Assembly (NCBI RefSeq): GCF_036971445.1
Contig: NC_091472.1
Location: 175,646,001 to 175,710,000 of the forward strand
From: Narcine bancroftii
Taxonomy: Eukaryota
Reading direction: 5' to 3'
Length of the DNA: 64,000 nt
The notes under the pieces are model-generated. The model had not been told where the DNA came from. It did not search any database and saw only the letters and a list, made by a program, of their open reading frames with translations. Below are positions 24,496 to 38,047 of this stretch, one piece after another; position 1 is the first letter of the stretch; each line of letters opens with the position of its first letter. A program made the position numbers and the translations under genes.

Positions 24496-25152
24496 CATGG
24501 CAAGCAATGGCCATCTTCATTACCTATAATCCCCCTTGCAGCTGGCACCAGTCTGGGAAATGCAGAGCACTTCTAGCTACGTGTGAAATTATGGGTAACA
24601 AAGACAGCCATTGATCCTCCTTCTTCAAGGATGCTTAACTTGGCCAGTTAATTCCTCAAAATCTTTAAAACTCTAGCTTTGAATGGCAAAGGAGAACAAA
24701 AGCAGTGAAGTGGGAATGCAGCAGAATCAAAGCATAGTGTGACTGGTTCGGGCAACAGTTTGGAACGCAACGGGCAGAGTCAGGATTGGCATCTTGTGTG
24801 GCTGTGACGCTTCTGCAGAGGAAAATTGAGTTAAAAATTGCTGCTGCTCAGTGTGCGTGGGAGATTGGGAGGTAAGTTGCTGGCAGCCAATGTCATAGAG
24901 GGGGTGCTATTCAGCGCTCACTTCTCGCTCCGGAGTAATTTACAAGTCCGTTTCACATTCCGTTCTCAGAGCCAGCACCTTGCTAATGATCTCCATGTTC
25001 TGCTCAGAAATCACACAGCAGTCCCCAGCTCCCCATGACTCTCCCTTCCACAATGCGTCCAGCAACAGCTCTCCCAGACGCTCCCTAACATGCACTGACA
25101 AGGCTTGGTTGTGCATGTGAATATAATGGGTCACGGGCTGATGGCACCATTG

Positions 25153-25160
25153 TGACGTCA
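25153..25160. promoter_or_regulatory. Perfect CRE palindrome in a CpG-retaining unique region
   Basis: TGACGTCA; the surrounding 24750-25330 keeps more CpG than its flanks. Confidence 0.3.
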
Positions 25161-26638
25161 TCAGCCCACCCCTCACCAGCTGCTTGCAGCAGCAGTGCAC
25201 GTATGAAGCGAGGTGGTAGCATTCCGCTCCACCTCTGGCACAAGCCTGAAGAGGGATTAGCGTCAGTGTCTTGGAGCCACTCACGGAGAATTTATGAAAA
25301 TAGGGCGGAGAATCTCCACCTTTACGGTTGCATTTTTAAAAACTCTTTAAAAGGGCCTATAGTGGAGTTCATAATTGTTATCATAGTTGTGTTCCCCTGC
25401 TCTTTGACACCTCCTTCCCCTCCCCCACCCCTCAAAGATATAAAAGGCAATAACTAATGGTTGAGGAAATGCAGATTTCACAGGGTTTTCTCTTGGGAAG
25501 GTGACAAAGCAGTTTCTTAGACTACGACACAGATCTTGATTCAAATTTGCACTTTTGCCTTTCTCCGTGTCCATTTTCCTTTCACCATCTATGTTCAAAA
25601 GACATATTTTCTCGTAATAAGATACTCTGAAGTCACTCCACCCACATGCCATATTTACATGTTGCAAACAAAGGAGTAAATTCACTGTTGAAACAGACCA
25701 GAAAGCAACTAATTCAACCCCGAGAGATTTGCTTCCTCAGAGTTAAGGATTCAGTGGCCTCATGCAATAACTTGCCCTGCGGCAGAGGCGGGTCATCATT
25801 TTTGACATTTTCAGCATGCATTTAAGTATAATTTCTTTTAGCATAGAAATGAAACGTACATTTTCTGGGAGTCTGATAGCATCGTGGTCACCTCACTGCT
25901 GCAAATGTATTGTTTTGAGTGTTTCACAGAGAAACACATTGACAAAGAAGCTTCCCCTAGGCTGTGATGGTTGTTTTTAATTAATCCTTCAACAAAAAGT
26001 TCAGAAGCACCAAACAGTTCTGTGGAGTTGTTCGTACTCCAGACAGAAATCTACAGGTTAAAAAAAAGGAATAGTTTTGAAAAGGGAATAAGCCAGGGGA
26101 ATGATGAAGTGTCAGACACATAGAATGTGCAGCAAAATGTCACCCCTGATCTTCAAAACTCCTCAGCCAATGTAGAACTATAGAGCAGAGAAGTAGGAAT
26201 GATATCTGATTCACTCAAAAGCAAGAGTATTCTTGGTGAGAACACCGGTGGGGAATAAACCCAGATCTCATGAGGGACTGGCTCCTCCATGTTACAGCAC
26301 ATTGAGCAGTGGATTCACACTGAGGATTTTAGAATCTGGTTTGTCAACAGCAAAAGCTGCTTGAATAGAAATTGAGGAGACGGGATTAAGTTTCTTGAGT
26401 ATCCTAGGGGGGGGATCTTGAGAGAAGAGAAATGAGATCTGAACATTTCTAGCGTGTATTAAGAGAAGAGACACGATTTAACATTTTGGAGAAAGGATTA
26501 AGTCCCAATGACAAGCAAGTTGTACATTGTGTAAAACACTTTGAATTCATTGGCAGTTGTTTCTTGCTGCTCCTTGCTTATGTATTTAAGTTAATCATAT
26601 TGATTACCATAGGCAAACAGAATCTCATGTACCCACAC

Positions 26639-26850
26639 CATTAATAATTTAAAATGACCAATATTCTAAATTTTAAAATTACTCAACAATGTAAAACAAA
26701 TAATCATGCTGTCGACTTCCTCTCATATATTTTGACCCAAGTTGCATTAATAATTTAAAATGACCAATATTCTAAATTTTAAAATTACTCAACAATGTAA
26801 AACAAATAATCATGCTGTCGACTTCCTCTCATATATTTTGACCCAAGTTG
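26639..26850. repeat. Perfect 106-bp tandem duplication
   Basis: 26639-26744 is identical to 26745-26850; 3-bp cat microhomology at the junctions. Confidence 0.97.
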
Positions 26851-27319
26851 CATGTTTTCTCGTATTGTTTGCTCCCTCTCCTGACAATGAATGCTGGTCC
26901 TGGATACAGTTACTTGTCCAATATCTCACTCTTCTCACCAACTCGCTTTATCTCACGTGAGCTTTCTGTGAGAGCCCAGGCCACCAAACAATTCAAGTAT
27001 CTGGACACTGCAAGCTCGGAACTGATTTTGATGCACAGATCGCTGGATAGTTATTATTCTATCAGAGAGAAAGGTTGATTTTTTTTTTGGTTTAACCTCT
27101 AAAAATGGCAGAGATCAGCTAACGACAACACAAAATCTCTCTAGAAACGTGCCCAAAATATAGACATGCTGCAACTAGCCAAGTGGTATGTTTATTTTAC
27201 TGCATGAGGATTTGAATGCAGGACCAAAATTTGTTCTACTGCAATTATATTGTTGAGATAGCACCTGCAATATTTAGTACAAGTTTGCTTGCCCTTCCTA
27301 AGAAAAGATGTATTTGCAA

Positions 27320-27720
27320 TGGAGGGACTACAATTCAGACTCACCGGATTGATTATTGGAAAATGAGGGATATCCCAGGAAGATTAATTAATAAGGCTGG
27401 GCCAAAATACACTAAAGTTTAGCAGATTAAATGATCTCATTGAAGCATGAAAGGTTATTAAGGGATTTTACAGGATAGACACCAGGATGAAATTTCCTCT
27501 GAAAACTAGACATTTTTCATCAAGATATGGTGATGCTTTAGAATTCTCAACCCATGAGGACAGTGAAGGATCCATCATTGAGTATAGTCGAGGCAGAAAT
27601 TGATTACTGGATACTAAGGGAATCAAAGAATAATGAATTAGTGCTGGAAGCACTGAGGTAAATGATCTTATTGAATGGTGGAGCAGATACATGGAACCAA
27701 ATGTCTTCTTTTCTGATGAA
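27320..27720 (+). mobile_element. Old CR1 3' fragment
   Basis: gcaatggagggactacaattcagactcacc...atgatcttattgaatggtggagcag parallels 18400-18890. Confidence 0.6.
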
Positions 27721-28011
27721 TATTTATGGCACTCAGGTAAATAGATAAATGTAGCCTTGAAGGAATAGGAGGTGAAAATAGTGTTTATGTTCAGCTATTT
27801 GCGTTCCTCATGAAAATTTGCATCATAACCAATGCATAAGCATTGAGGCTAAACCTCTGTTAGCAATTATCCCATCACAGCAAGACCCACAAACAGTCAC
27901 ATGCTACATAACCAGATTTATTTTCTGAGACTGAGTGCTAAACGTTGCAAGGAGACTGTGTGAATGAATGCACTTCATTGAGATGTTCTTTAGGGTTTTT
28001 TTGCAGATATA

Positions 28012-28209
28012 TGTAATGTGACTGAGAGCACTCAAGACCAGAGAGAGTAAACACACTTTTATTCAGTAAGAATAACAAACAATAGTCTTTGGACTGAACT
28101 GCAGTTTTTGGCGGGGATCCAGGGGTTATATCGGGATATACAGGGATGGAGTTGGGGTGAAGCCTGTCCTTAGGACATCACTTCAGTCGTGAATTCCCAA
28201 TTCACTACA
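28012..28209 (-). mobile_element. Solo LTR, 198 bp, related to the LTRs of the 30626-34955 element
   Basis: TG...CA; 5-bp TSD atata at 28007-28011 and 28210-28214; shares aaacacacttttatt and gtgaattcc..ttcact.ca with those LTRs. Confidence 0.85.
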
Positions 28210-30625
28210 ATATAATTACATAATCCAGCAGATTATGTAGATGGTATCTGCCAGGATTCTGGGCTCTGGTTCTTGGATGTGTCTCAGGTCCATGACCTCC
28301 TGATTCAAGGGTCTCAGGAGCAGAAAGTCCCAAGAAAACTGTCGGTGACAAGCAGTTGAAGGACCCACATGGACTGCAGGCTGCTGGAGGCTGGCTCATG
28401 GGAACCAGGTTTTGGAACTGGGATTCGAGAGGGTGCCGAGGGCAAGAAGGGCTCCCAACGTGCCTCGGGTGCCAAAGGCTTCTTGATTGTATTGGAGGTT
28501 TTGATCTAGAGCTCGGGTTGCAGAGGCTGCAGGAGCACTGGAAGTGAATCCACAGGCACTCAGTGACTCTGAAGGGACTCTCTTTTCCTTCTCTTTCTCT
28601 TACACTAAGGGGCACCAAGCATTCCCAATGGCAACTCTTACAGCAGACTAATGGAAATTTCATGTAATATTACATTTTCTGTTTTATTAGTTGACAATAA
28701 AAGTACCTTGGACTATTGTAACAGGTGGCCGTTGAGGAATTAATGTGGCAGCTAAAGTAAATCGCTTCGGTCCAGTGCTGTGTCCTGGTTTTTAAAAAAA
28801 GTGGGCAATGGTATCATTACATTGGATTAAATTAGTAATGTTAACAATTATACTCAAATGGTCAGAAATGTAAATTTCTTTCACTTTTGAAAGTGTCTCT
28901 TTGTAGGATCAATAACATATGTACCATATTTGAAAGTTTGTTTGAAGTGAAATTCTGCAGTTTAATAATCACCTACGTGCCAGGAATAATTTGTAGTCAT
29001 GTAAGTAGCACTGTGAATCGGATCATGTTAAATAACCTTTTTGAAAATGGGTAGAGTTGGGTGAAGGTAACATGGAACAAAGTTATGTGAAGAACAGATG
29101 GCAAAAAATTACAATTCAGCAGATGGATGACATCACTGAAGTCTGCCCTTCTGTGACCATCTGAACCCACTGATTAGATTACAGCCTTTAATTCAATTGT
29201 AAGTATTTTATTAAATGTACAATCTGATTATACTTGATGCATTGAGCAGCTGGTTTGGAAAGACTGCCACACCACTGTTACTGGTATTACTAAACATTTT
29301 ACTTTTGTTGTGTTTGGAAAAGGTCCTGGATTGTGTTTATTTACCTGCTGTTATATTATATCTCATGATGTATCTCATAATGGAACCAATGAAAAATGAT
29401 AAAACTCCTTCGAGTTAGTGTAAATCTGAAATTAAGCCAGTTTAAATAATATAAAGATTAATTGAAAAATGAAGTAAAAAGGCTTCTTTAATATTCCACT
29501 TGATTCAACATCATTCAGAATTGACATGATATCTCGCTAGGATGGTGTAAAGGTTAAAACCTTGTGTTGTTGATTCTTTTGTTAATTATGTGCCTATCCC
29601 TTTAAGAAAAAAAATTGTTTGTAGTGTTGCTATAGCTACTATGACATCATATGTTGTAATATCCAAGTGGACCAAGAGTTTGCATCTTAATCTTCGAAGA
29701 ATCAAGAGACATAAGCTCTAGATACTTTTCTTTGAATTCATCTTAATTTCATTTTAATTCATCTCATTTTGTTTATTTCTTTTATTTGTTTCAAGTTGAA
29801 TATCATTATCTCATTTTTCAGTACGCGTTGTCTACTCATTGTTATAAAATCTCAGTGCAAAGTCATCCAAAATGTTTATTCATTTTATTAACGAATTAAA
29901 CCTACTTAAAGCTTCATCTACAAAGTTTGGTTTATTGGATTAATAAGATAGTAATTTGGAATATTGATGCTCATGTTTCCTAGAAGATGGAAATTGGGAA
30001 AAATTAGAACTTGGAAAGTGTTGTCTATAGCTGGTAAGCATGATGCATGTTACAACAGCTACATGAATCGAGAGGCCATCTGAAAACATATTTTACAATA
30101 ACATCAGATTACATTTATATAATGCATTTAGTAGAATAAAATGTTCCAACATGCTTTATAAAAAAAGAGCTGTGACACAAAGCCATTTAGATGACTAAGA
30201 AGCTTGTCAAAGAATTAAGTTTGAAGGACAAAGATGAAGAGGAATTTAGAGAGGCATTTCCACGCTTAAGGAGCTGCACAGCAGTGCCACCAGTTGTGGG
30301 TTGATGAAAATCAGGGCTGCACAACCTTCAAGCATTAGTAGTTTATTTTGTCTCCAGATTGTGTGCTCATGCTTTCTGGTTTTATCCTGCTACGGTAAGC
30401 ATCCTACTTACTTGGCTAAAGTCAAGTTCATTTTCACCAGGTTGCACAGGTACAGCCTGACGAAACAATGTTCTCCAGTCCTTGGTGCAAACATCCAGAC
30501 CTAACATACATACAGACAAACCATACATATGCAAGGCAAGTATAAAGGAGGCCATTTGGCTCATCATCTCCATGCTGCCTCCCAACAGTCCCATTCCTCC
30601 TCTCTCTAATTTCTCTATATTCCTG

Positions 30626-33600
30626 TGTAACATGGTGGAGAGTACTCGCAGACTTGTGTGGAGCAGAAACACGCTTTTATTAGCTTACAACTAATGGCCA
30701 GTATCTACAGTAGTCTTCAGGTAAATCGGAGATAAGGCGGAAAAATAAAGTTTATATCAGGACTGATGGGGGTGGAGCCAAGAGGAGGGGTCGGCCATCT
30801 AACCTATACATAGACAGTGAATTCCAGTTCACTGCATTCACCCCTTCCTTCAGAAAATAACCTGCAGGCAAAAACAGAGACCACGTACAGCAATAAAAAT
30901 TTTTACAATTATTTACAAGTTGAGTCTGTCAGAGAATCTGGTTATTCTGGTCAAGCGCTTTAGTACTGGTGGACTTTACTCTTCCAGAACCTCCTGTGGT
31001 TCTTGGATAGTGGGACTCAAAGGGAGACTCGGGGGTCCCGGATCTGATGGTGGCTCCGTTGGAAGAATGTCGTCCAGAACCCTGTGTGGGGTATTTGGAG
31101 GTTCCAGGCCTATTGTGGGTGTCAGGACCTCAGTTCCTGAAGGTGCCAGATCTCTGATCGAGATGGTGTCCTCTCTGCAGTCTGGGTATGCCACATAGGC
31201 GGACATCAGGTTTGTGTGCAGTAGGTGCACTCTCTCGACCAGTGGGTTCGTTTTGCTTCTCCTCACGTGCTTTTTCAACAGGACTGGACCTGGTGACATT
31301 ACCCATGCTGGAAGAGTGATCCCCGCCGCAGATTTCCTCAGGAATGCAAACATTAGTTTGTGATGAGTTGCATTGATCACAGTGCAGGGAAGCAATCTTA
31401 TGGAGTAGAACGTGGTGGGGAGAACCTCTTGCCACTGTGAGTCTGGAAGGCCTTTAGACCAGAGGACCAATTTTACAGCCTTCCAAACCATTGTGTTCTC
31501 CTTTTCAACTTGTCCATTCCACCGGGGGGTGTAGGTAGTCCTCCTACTGGAGGTGATGCCTCTTGCGAGCAGGTACTGGTATAGCTCTTCGCTCATAAAA
31601 AATGAGCCCCGGTTGCTATGAATATAGCTGGGATATCTGAACATGGTTGAAATGGAATGCTCTGATGACTGTGGTGGTGGTGGTGTCTGGGCAGGAGATG
31701 GGGAAAAGAAAATGCAAGTACTCATCGATAACGTTAAGAAAGGATACATTTCAGTTGGTGGACGGAAGGGGCCCTTTGAAATCAAGGCTGAGTCATTCGA
31801 AAGGGCGGGAAGATTTTATTAGGTGCGCTTTGTAGTAGAAGCACGGTTTGCCCTCAGCGCAGACCTGGCATGACCCAGTCATCTCCCTGATGTCTTCAAT
31901 AGAGAAGGGCAGGTTGTGTGCCTTGATGAAGTGAGCCATGTAGGTGATGCCCGGGTTGCAGAGCTCTTTGTGAATTGACCACAACTAGCTGGTGTCTGCA
32001 GCAGCACATCTTCCTTGGGATAGGGCATCTGGAGGCTCATTGAGTGGACCTGGTCTGTACACTCTCTCATAGTTATAGGTGGAGAGTTTGATCCTTCACC
32101 TCACAATCTTGTCATTCTTAATTTTACCACTATTCATATTATTGGACATGAATGCTACAGATCACTGATCAGTGAGCAGAGTGAATTTTCTGCTGACCAG
32201 GTCCAGTCTCTGATGGCTCCCCCAATGGTTTGAGCCTCCTTCTCCATAGACAGGTTCCAGAGCTCATGGCCTTGCAGGGTGTGGCAAAAGAAAGCTACCA
32301 GTCTGCTCGGAGCCAGAGCTATGTCGGAGCCATCGCTCTCCACCTAGAATGGTACATTTTTGTCCACTGCATGCATGGTGACCTTAGCAATTTAGCTCCT
32401 GATGTAGCTAAAAGCCACCTGGACTTCAGCTGATAATGGGAAGGAGATGGAATTTAAGAGGGGGCAGACCTTGTCAGTGTAATGAGGTGCCCACTGGGTG
32501 AATTATGAGAAGAAGTCCAGGCACCTCCTTGGTGCTTTCATGGTCCTTAGGATAGGGAGGTCTAAGAGGGAGCACATACACTCGGGGTCTCAGTCAATGA
32601 TGCCTTTGTCCACCGCTTAACCCAGGATAACTGGATGTTTGATCCTGAACATGCACATACTGACATTGTACATGAGGTTCAGGGATTTGGCTGTGTGGAG
32701 AAACTTCTGGAGGTTGCCGTCGTGGTCCTCCAGGTAATGTCTGCAAATGGTGATGTTGTCGAGGTAGGGTAAGGTAGCCCTTATTTACCTACCATTTTGT
32801 CCATCTGCCTCTGGAAGACTGAGACCCCGTTTGTAATACTGAAAGGGACCCTCAGGAACTGATAAAGCTGTCCATCTGCCTCGAATGCTGAATAGGGATG
32901 GTCCTCGGAGTGGATTGGTAACTGGTGATGTGCAGCTTTTAGGTCGATGGTCGAATAAACCTGGTACTGCGCAATTTAATTAACCATGTCCAAGATTCAG
33001 GGGAGGGGGTATGCATCCAGGAGTGTGAAGCGATTAATAGTTTGGCTATAGTCAATCACTAGCCTTGGCTTTTCTCCCCCCCTCATGACCACCACCTGGG
33101 TTCTCCACAGACTGTGGCTGGGTTCAATGATTTTTTTTTTTCCTTAAGCAGCCTCTAATAAATTCTCAGTCCCCTGCACTACATCACCTACTCTTTGTGG
33201 CTATTGGCTTACAGTCAGGGGTTAGGTTCTGAAACAAAGTGGGGGGGGGGGGGGGGGTCGATATTCATTGTGGAGAGACTGCATGTAGTGTCTGGGTTTT
33301 GGGATCTTCCGTTCTGCACCGTGATTGGGGGAAGTGGGCCTGAGTACTTCATGGTCACGCTTTTAAGGTGTCACAGGAAGTCTAGGCCCAGCAACACAGA
33401 ACCATACAAACCTTTCAATACATACAGTCGGAACATGCAAAACTCCCCCTATTTACAGTTAAGTGCACAGTACAATACCCCTGAATAGTCGACAAATACA
33501 TTTGCGATGCTAGATAGATACGGTAGTCTGTGGGATAAACCTTTAATTTGTACCACCGAGCAGTCATAGAGTTTATAAAGCTCTCTGTCGAGCCAGTGTC

Positions 33601-34955
33601 TATTAAACAATTCATCAGATGTCCGTTTACCCTCACCTCCATTGTTGAGTTGCTCAGCTGGCGGGGTTTCGCTTGGTCAACGATGACTGATGCCAGCGTT
33701 CTGGAGGCTGCATCACTCCCCCTGCCATCGTTGTCTTGATACGAAGGCCAGAAAGTTTCCATCCACTACAAGGAGTGGCAAGATTGCAACCATCCCACAG
33801 TTGCTTCTCTTCAGGTAGCCCGTTCCCACCGTTGCATCTCTTCCGGTAGCAGTTCTCATCACGAGACACAGCAAGATGGCGGCAGTGGCGAGCAGCATGG
33901 AGAGGTGAGGGTCCGCACCTCTGGGCTTGGACATGGGGTGTACAACTGTTCAAGGGTCATGCATGCGGTAGCCTTCCTGGGGTTCCCTTTGCCTGACAGA
34001 CTTTCGCCCAGTGTCCCCTCTTTCTGCATCTTGAACACACAGAGTCTCTCAAGGCATCTGGGGTGGAGGTGTTTGGCCTGTCCACAGAAGTAGTACTCTT
34101 GGTTGTGTGTGGCCAGTGTAATCTGTATCTGGGACAGCAGTGCTCCATGGGCCTGGCTTTCTGAGAAGGTGCCGCTTTCGTTAACGAGGTTGTCTGGTCC
34201 CAGTTGGGCCTATTCGAGGGATTTTGCCAGATCGGGGGTACTGGGAAGGTCCTTCTTCCCCAACTCTAGCAGTCGCTGCCTCATGTACCTCAAACTCACT
34301 CCAGCCACAAGTGTATCCCGCACTTGCTCTTCTTCCCTCACTCGGGCTGAGACTGCTCTGTCATGACACTTTCTCATCAGCATCCACAGTTCCAGGATAT
34401 AGTCATCCAGCAATTCACCTGGTTGTTGCCTACATTGTGAGAGTCAGTGTCTCGACAGCACATCGCTCTGGGGCCATGTGTAGTGGGCCTTCAGGCCTTT
34501 GGCCATCTTGTACGTCACACAGTGCCTGATTACCGTGTATCCCTTGGGGCCAACTCGAGAGAGGAGGGCCAATCTCCAGAGGCTATTGGAGTGGAAGACT
34601 TCTTGGCTGGCTGCTATGTAGGACTGGAAACACTCCATCCAGTAGGCGAATTATTTTGGGGCCTCTGGGAACAGAGGGTCAACCTCGAGCAGGCCTGGCT
34701 TCAATAGGCCTTCCATCCCATCTTTGAAAGTAAGCTAATAAAATTTTAACGTGATGGTTAGTACTTGGAGGCTTGTGTGGAGCAGAAACACACTTTTATT
34801 AGCTTACAATTAACAGCCGGTATCTACAATAGTCTTCAGGTAAATTGGAGGTAAGGCAGGAAAACCAGGTTTATATTGGGACTGACAGGGGCGGAGCCAA
34901 GAAGAGGGGTCGGCTGTCTAATCTATACATAGACAGTGAGTTCCAGTTCACTGCA
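30626..34955 (-). mobile_element. Full-length decayed Ty3/Gypsy LTR retrotransposon with self-complementary (non-tRNA) PBS
   Basis: 211-bp LTRs 30626-30836 and 34745-34955 (about 85% identical by hand count); perfect TSD tcctg; PPT aggaaggggtgaa at 30837-30849; gag CCHC (CSRCRKRGHWAKVC), protease LIDTGS, RT YLDN, RNase H, integrase (NGQVEKEN) in Gypsy order. Confidence 0.95.
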
Positions 34956-34994
34956 TCCTGCAAATCATTTTTTCGTATGTCTAACAACTCCTCC

Positions 34995-35120
34995 TTGATT
35001 CATTTATCACTTATGGGTAATGTAGTCAATTAACCAACAGCACATCTTTGCCACTTGGAAGGTAACTGAAGCTCCTGGTGGAAAACTATATGTTCACATG
35101 AAGAAAGTGCAACCTTTACC
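34995..35120 (-). mobile_element. V-SINE fragment
   Basis: Reverse of the V-SINE core (aaccaacagcacatctttg...aaagtgcaac). Confidence 0.5.
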
Positions 35121-35122
35121 TG

Positions 35123-35326
35123 AGTTTAAATCTGCTGCTTTCTGTAAGGAGTTTACACGTTCTCCCCATATTTGCATGGGCTTCCTCCAGTTGCTCCGGA
35201 CTGCTTCCATGTTCCAAAGATGTACGGTATTTGTAGGTTAATTAGTCACTTGGGTGTATTTGGACAGCAGGAACTCACGGGCCAGAAAAATCTGTTACCG
35301 AGCTGTATCTCTAAATTACAAATTAA
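35123..35326 (+). mobile_element. V-SINE
   Basis: tctgtaaggagtttacacgttctcccc core; same family as 41779-42030. Confidence 0.75.
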
Positions 35327-36834
35327 CGCAGGCAGCACCAGCCTCAAGTTCCTGGAAATGTGAAACAGCAGGATCTTGTGATTTACCTCTGATGTTCAGG
35401 TGAATCCCAGCAGACATTCTAACCATTTTGTTTGGCATATAGTTGAAGGGTGTGTATTGTTGACATGCGTATATAAATGATATCCTTGAATGAAACTATC
35501 CGTAAGTTATTTCTGGCTTTGTGTACTCTGGCCAAGCAAGTTTAGTTGAGCAATCGCTTTACCATGAGGGGTGTAAAAACAGAAGAGGTGACATTAAAAC
35601 CTGATGAAAAGTGAAAAATAGAAGAGAGCTGGATATTAAGTACTGCACAGTGATGTTGTGGGCTGTAACGCAGCAAGGAATCACAGTGAGCAGATGGCAC
35701 GGAGAAGGACTCACGGTTTTATCAATGTATTCATTTTGTCGCGAACAAGACCACCGTCTAGTGCCAATTAATGATTGCAGATGTGAAGGAGGTAATGAGA
35801 TGTTTCAGACCTTCTGGTGAAGTTACTCCCACAGTTCTGCATATTATGGAGTTTGAGGATTCATAGCCAAAAGAGATGTGTTGTATTTCCAAATCGAGAC
35901 GGTTTGTTACTTGAAGGGGAATCTTGTCCTTCTTGGTGATAGAGATTATAGGCAGGGGAACGCTGCTAAGGCACTGTCAGTGATGGCTCAATTTATGTAA
36001 GTGGCATCCCAAATATTGGCAGGAATTGTGGAGACCCTGCCCCCAAAAAAATGAAGTAGGGGGAACATTAGCTTTAACAAACGGGGAGAACTTCAGGCTG
36101 AGATGCACCCCATCCAACAGAAGGAGTCAATACCAAAATAATATCGCACAGGCAAGCCCCAGATCGCCACACTTTGAGTATTGAAGCATTTGATTCACAA
36201 AACAAAATTCTTTGCTGACAAAACCACAAAATATCATGACTGAAGCAAATACAAAATTCTCATCACGCATCTACTTTGATTAACAACCTCCAGATGTGAA
36301 ATAAAAAACATAATTGAAAACAAAAACTGACATTTACAATAGTTACTGTGGTATTTTTAAAAAGTAATCTGCTTCTGTACTTTGATTATGTCACTGGGCA
36401 TGTAATCCAGTAGATTTACACAAATAAACTCAATTCATTAATTCAATTTCGACTGCAGTGGCTTGCTGGGTTAAACTCTGTAAATTAATCTGGAATTAAA
36501 AAATTAGTATCAACAATTGTGTCTACGTAACTCTCGAATATTTAACAAAACCCAACTACCCTTCACCAGTTTGGTCGATTAGTCCAGACCTCACAGCAAT
36601 ATGGACGACCAGAAAACCTGCCATGAAGGACTGGCAAGCCATTCTGTGGAAGGCTGATTAGGCAATAAACACTGCCTTCCTATATCTGATGAACAAATGA
36701 AACAACATTATTTAAAGAAAGCCTAATACAGAAAGCCCCTGAATATTCATTAAATGATGCTGCACAGAAACTGCCCTTTTCGCCCTCAATAAATCATCAA
36801 ACATCCCATTTTTACACTAATCCTATCCTAACAC

Positions 36835-37070
36835 ACTTTATTCTCCCCAATTCCCATCAACTTCTCCCAGATTCTACCACTCCAACTTGCAGTGACCAAT
36901 TAACTCTACAAATGGCATACTTTTGGGATATGGGAGAAAACCAGAGCACCCAGAGGAAACGCATGTGAGCACAGGGTGAACGTGCAAACTCCGCACAGAC
37001 AGCACTGATGGTCAGGATTATCCAGAGTCACTGTAGATATGAAGCATCAGCCCCATTAGCTGCACAACTC
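36835..37070 (-). mobile_element. V-SINE
   Basis: gaacgtgcaaactccgcacagacagca is the reverse of the V-domain core. Confidence 0.75.
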
Positions 37071-37272
37071 TGTAACTGTTTTTTTTAATGATAGTCTGTA
37101 AATGTTATTCTGCAGTGCAAACTTGCTGGTGAATCAACATTTTATCACACAGAGAATGTGATTATCTAAAAAATCTAACACTGGGTTGTGTGAGTGGGAT
37201 AGAGTTGGGGCTGAGATGGTGGAGAAGTTCAGTGCACAGTGGGGTGGGTTCAAAAAGGTAAGTAAGAGATGT

Positions 37273-38047
37273 GAGTAAAGCAAAGGTCTGCAGACAGCAT
37301 GATGGAATGAAAACACACAATGCTGGAGAAACTCAGCAGGTCAGACTGTGTAGCAAAGATAAAGATACACAACCATCATTTTGGGCTTGAGCCCTTCATC
37401 AAGGAATGAGCAAAATCTAGGCAGTCGCCCAAACAAAATGGTGGGGGTGTGGAGGGGGTGGAGCATAGTCCAACAGATGGGAGGTAATAGGTGGATAAGG
37501 GAGGCAGGGCACACCAGCAAATGGGGAGGGGGAAGGCTCTGAATGGAGAGGGAGGGGGTGGAGAGCTGGCAGAAAGACAGAGGGATGGGGACTGACATGT
37601 CTGATCATGGCCTCATGTACAGTCAAACCCAGATCACCCATAAATTGGAGGAACAACACCTAATATTCTGTCTGGGCACTCGCCGACCAAATGCCATTAA
37701 CATTGACTTCTCTGGTTTCTACTAGCCTCCTCACCATTCTACCTCTCTTCCCCATCCCTCCATCTTCTTTCTTCCAGCTCTCCTCCCCTTCCCTCTCCAT
37801 TCACAGAGCCATCCGCCCTCCCCTTGTTTTCTGCTGTGCCATCCCTCCATTATCCACCTATTGCCTCCTCCCTATTGGACTGTGCTCCTCCCCCTCCCCC
37901 CCACAATTTTGTTTGGGCTACTGCCTACAATTTTCTCATAGATTGATGAAGTGCACAAGCCTGAAATGTTGGTTATGTATCTTCATCTTTGTTCTAAAAA
38001 GTACACCGTTTGACCTGCTGAGTTTTGCCAGCATTGCGTGTTTTCAC
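37273..38047. mobile_element. Penelope-like element: inverted pLTR (minus, about 37273-37590) joined to a plus-strand 3' end
   Basis: EEQHLIFCLGTRRPNAINIDFS PLE C-terminus; mirrored pLTR sequences; flanking direct repeat taag(t/c)aagagatgt at 37259-37272 and 38048-38061. Confidence 0.8.

Noticed and set aside
33240-33257. Poly-G run in Gypsy pol (also poly-C at about 41545-41568)
   Set aside because: Simple homopolymer expansion or sequencing slippage in dead repeats.
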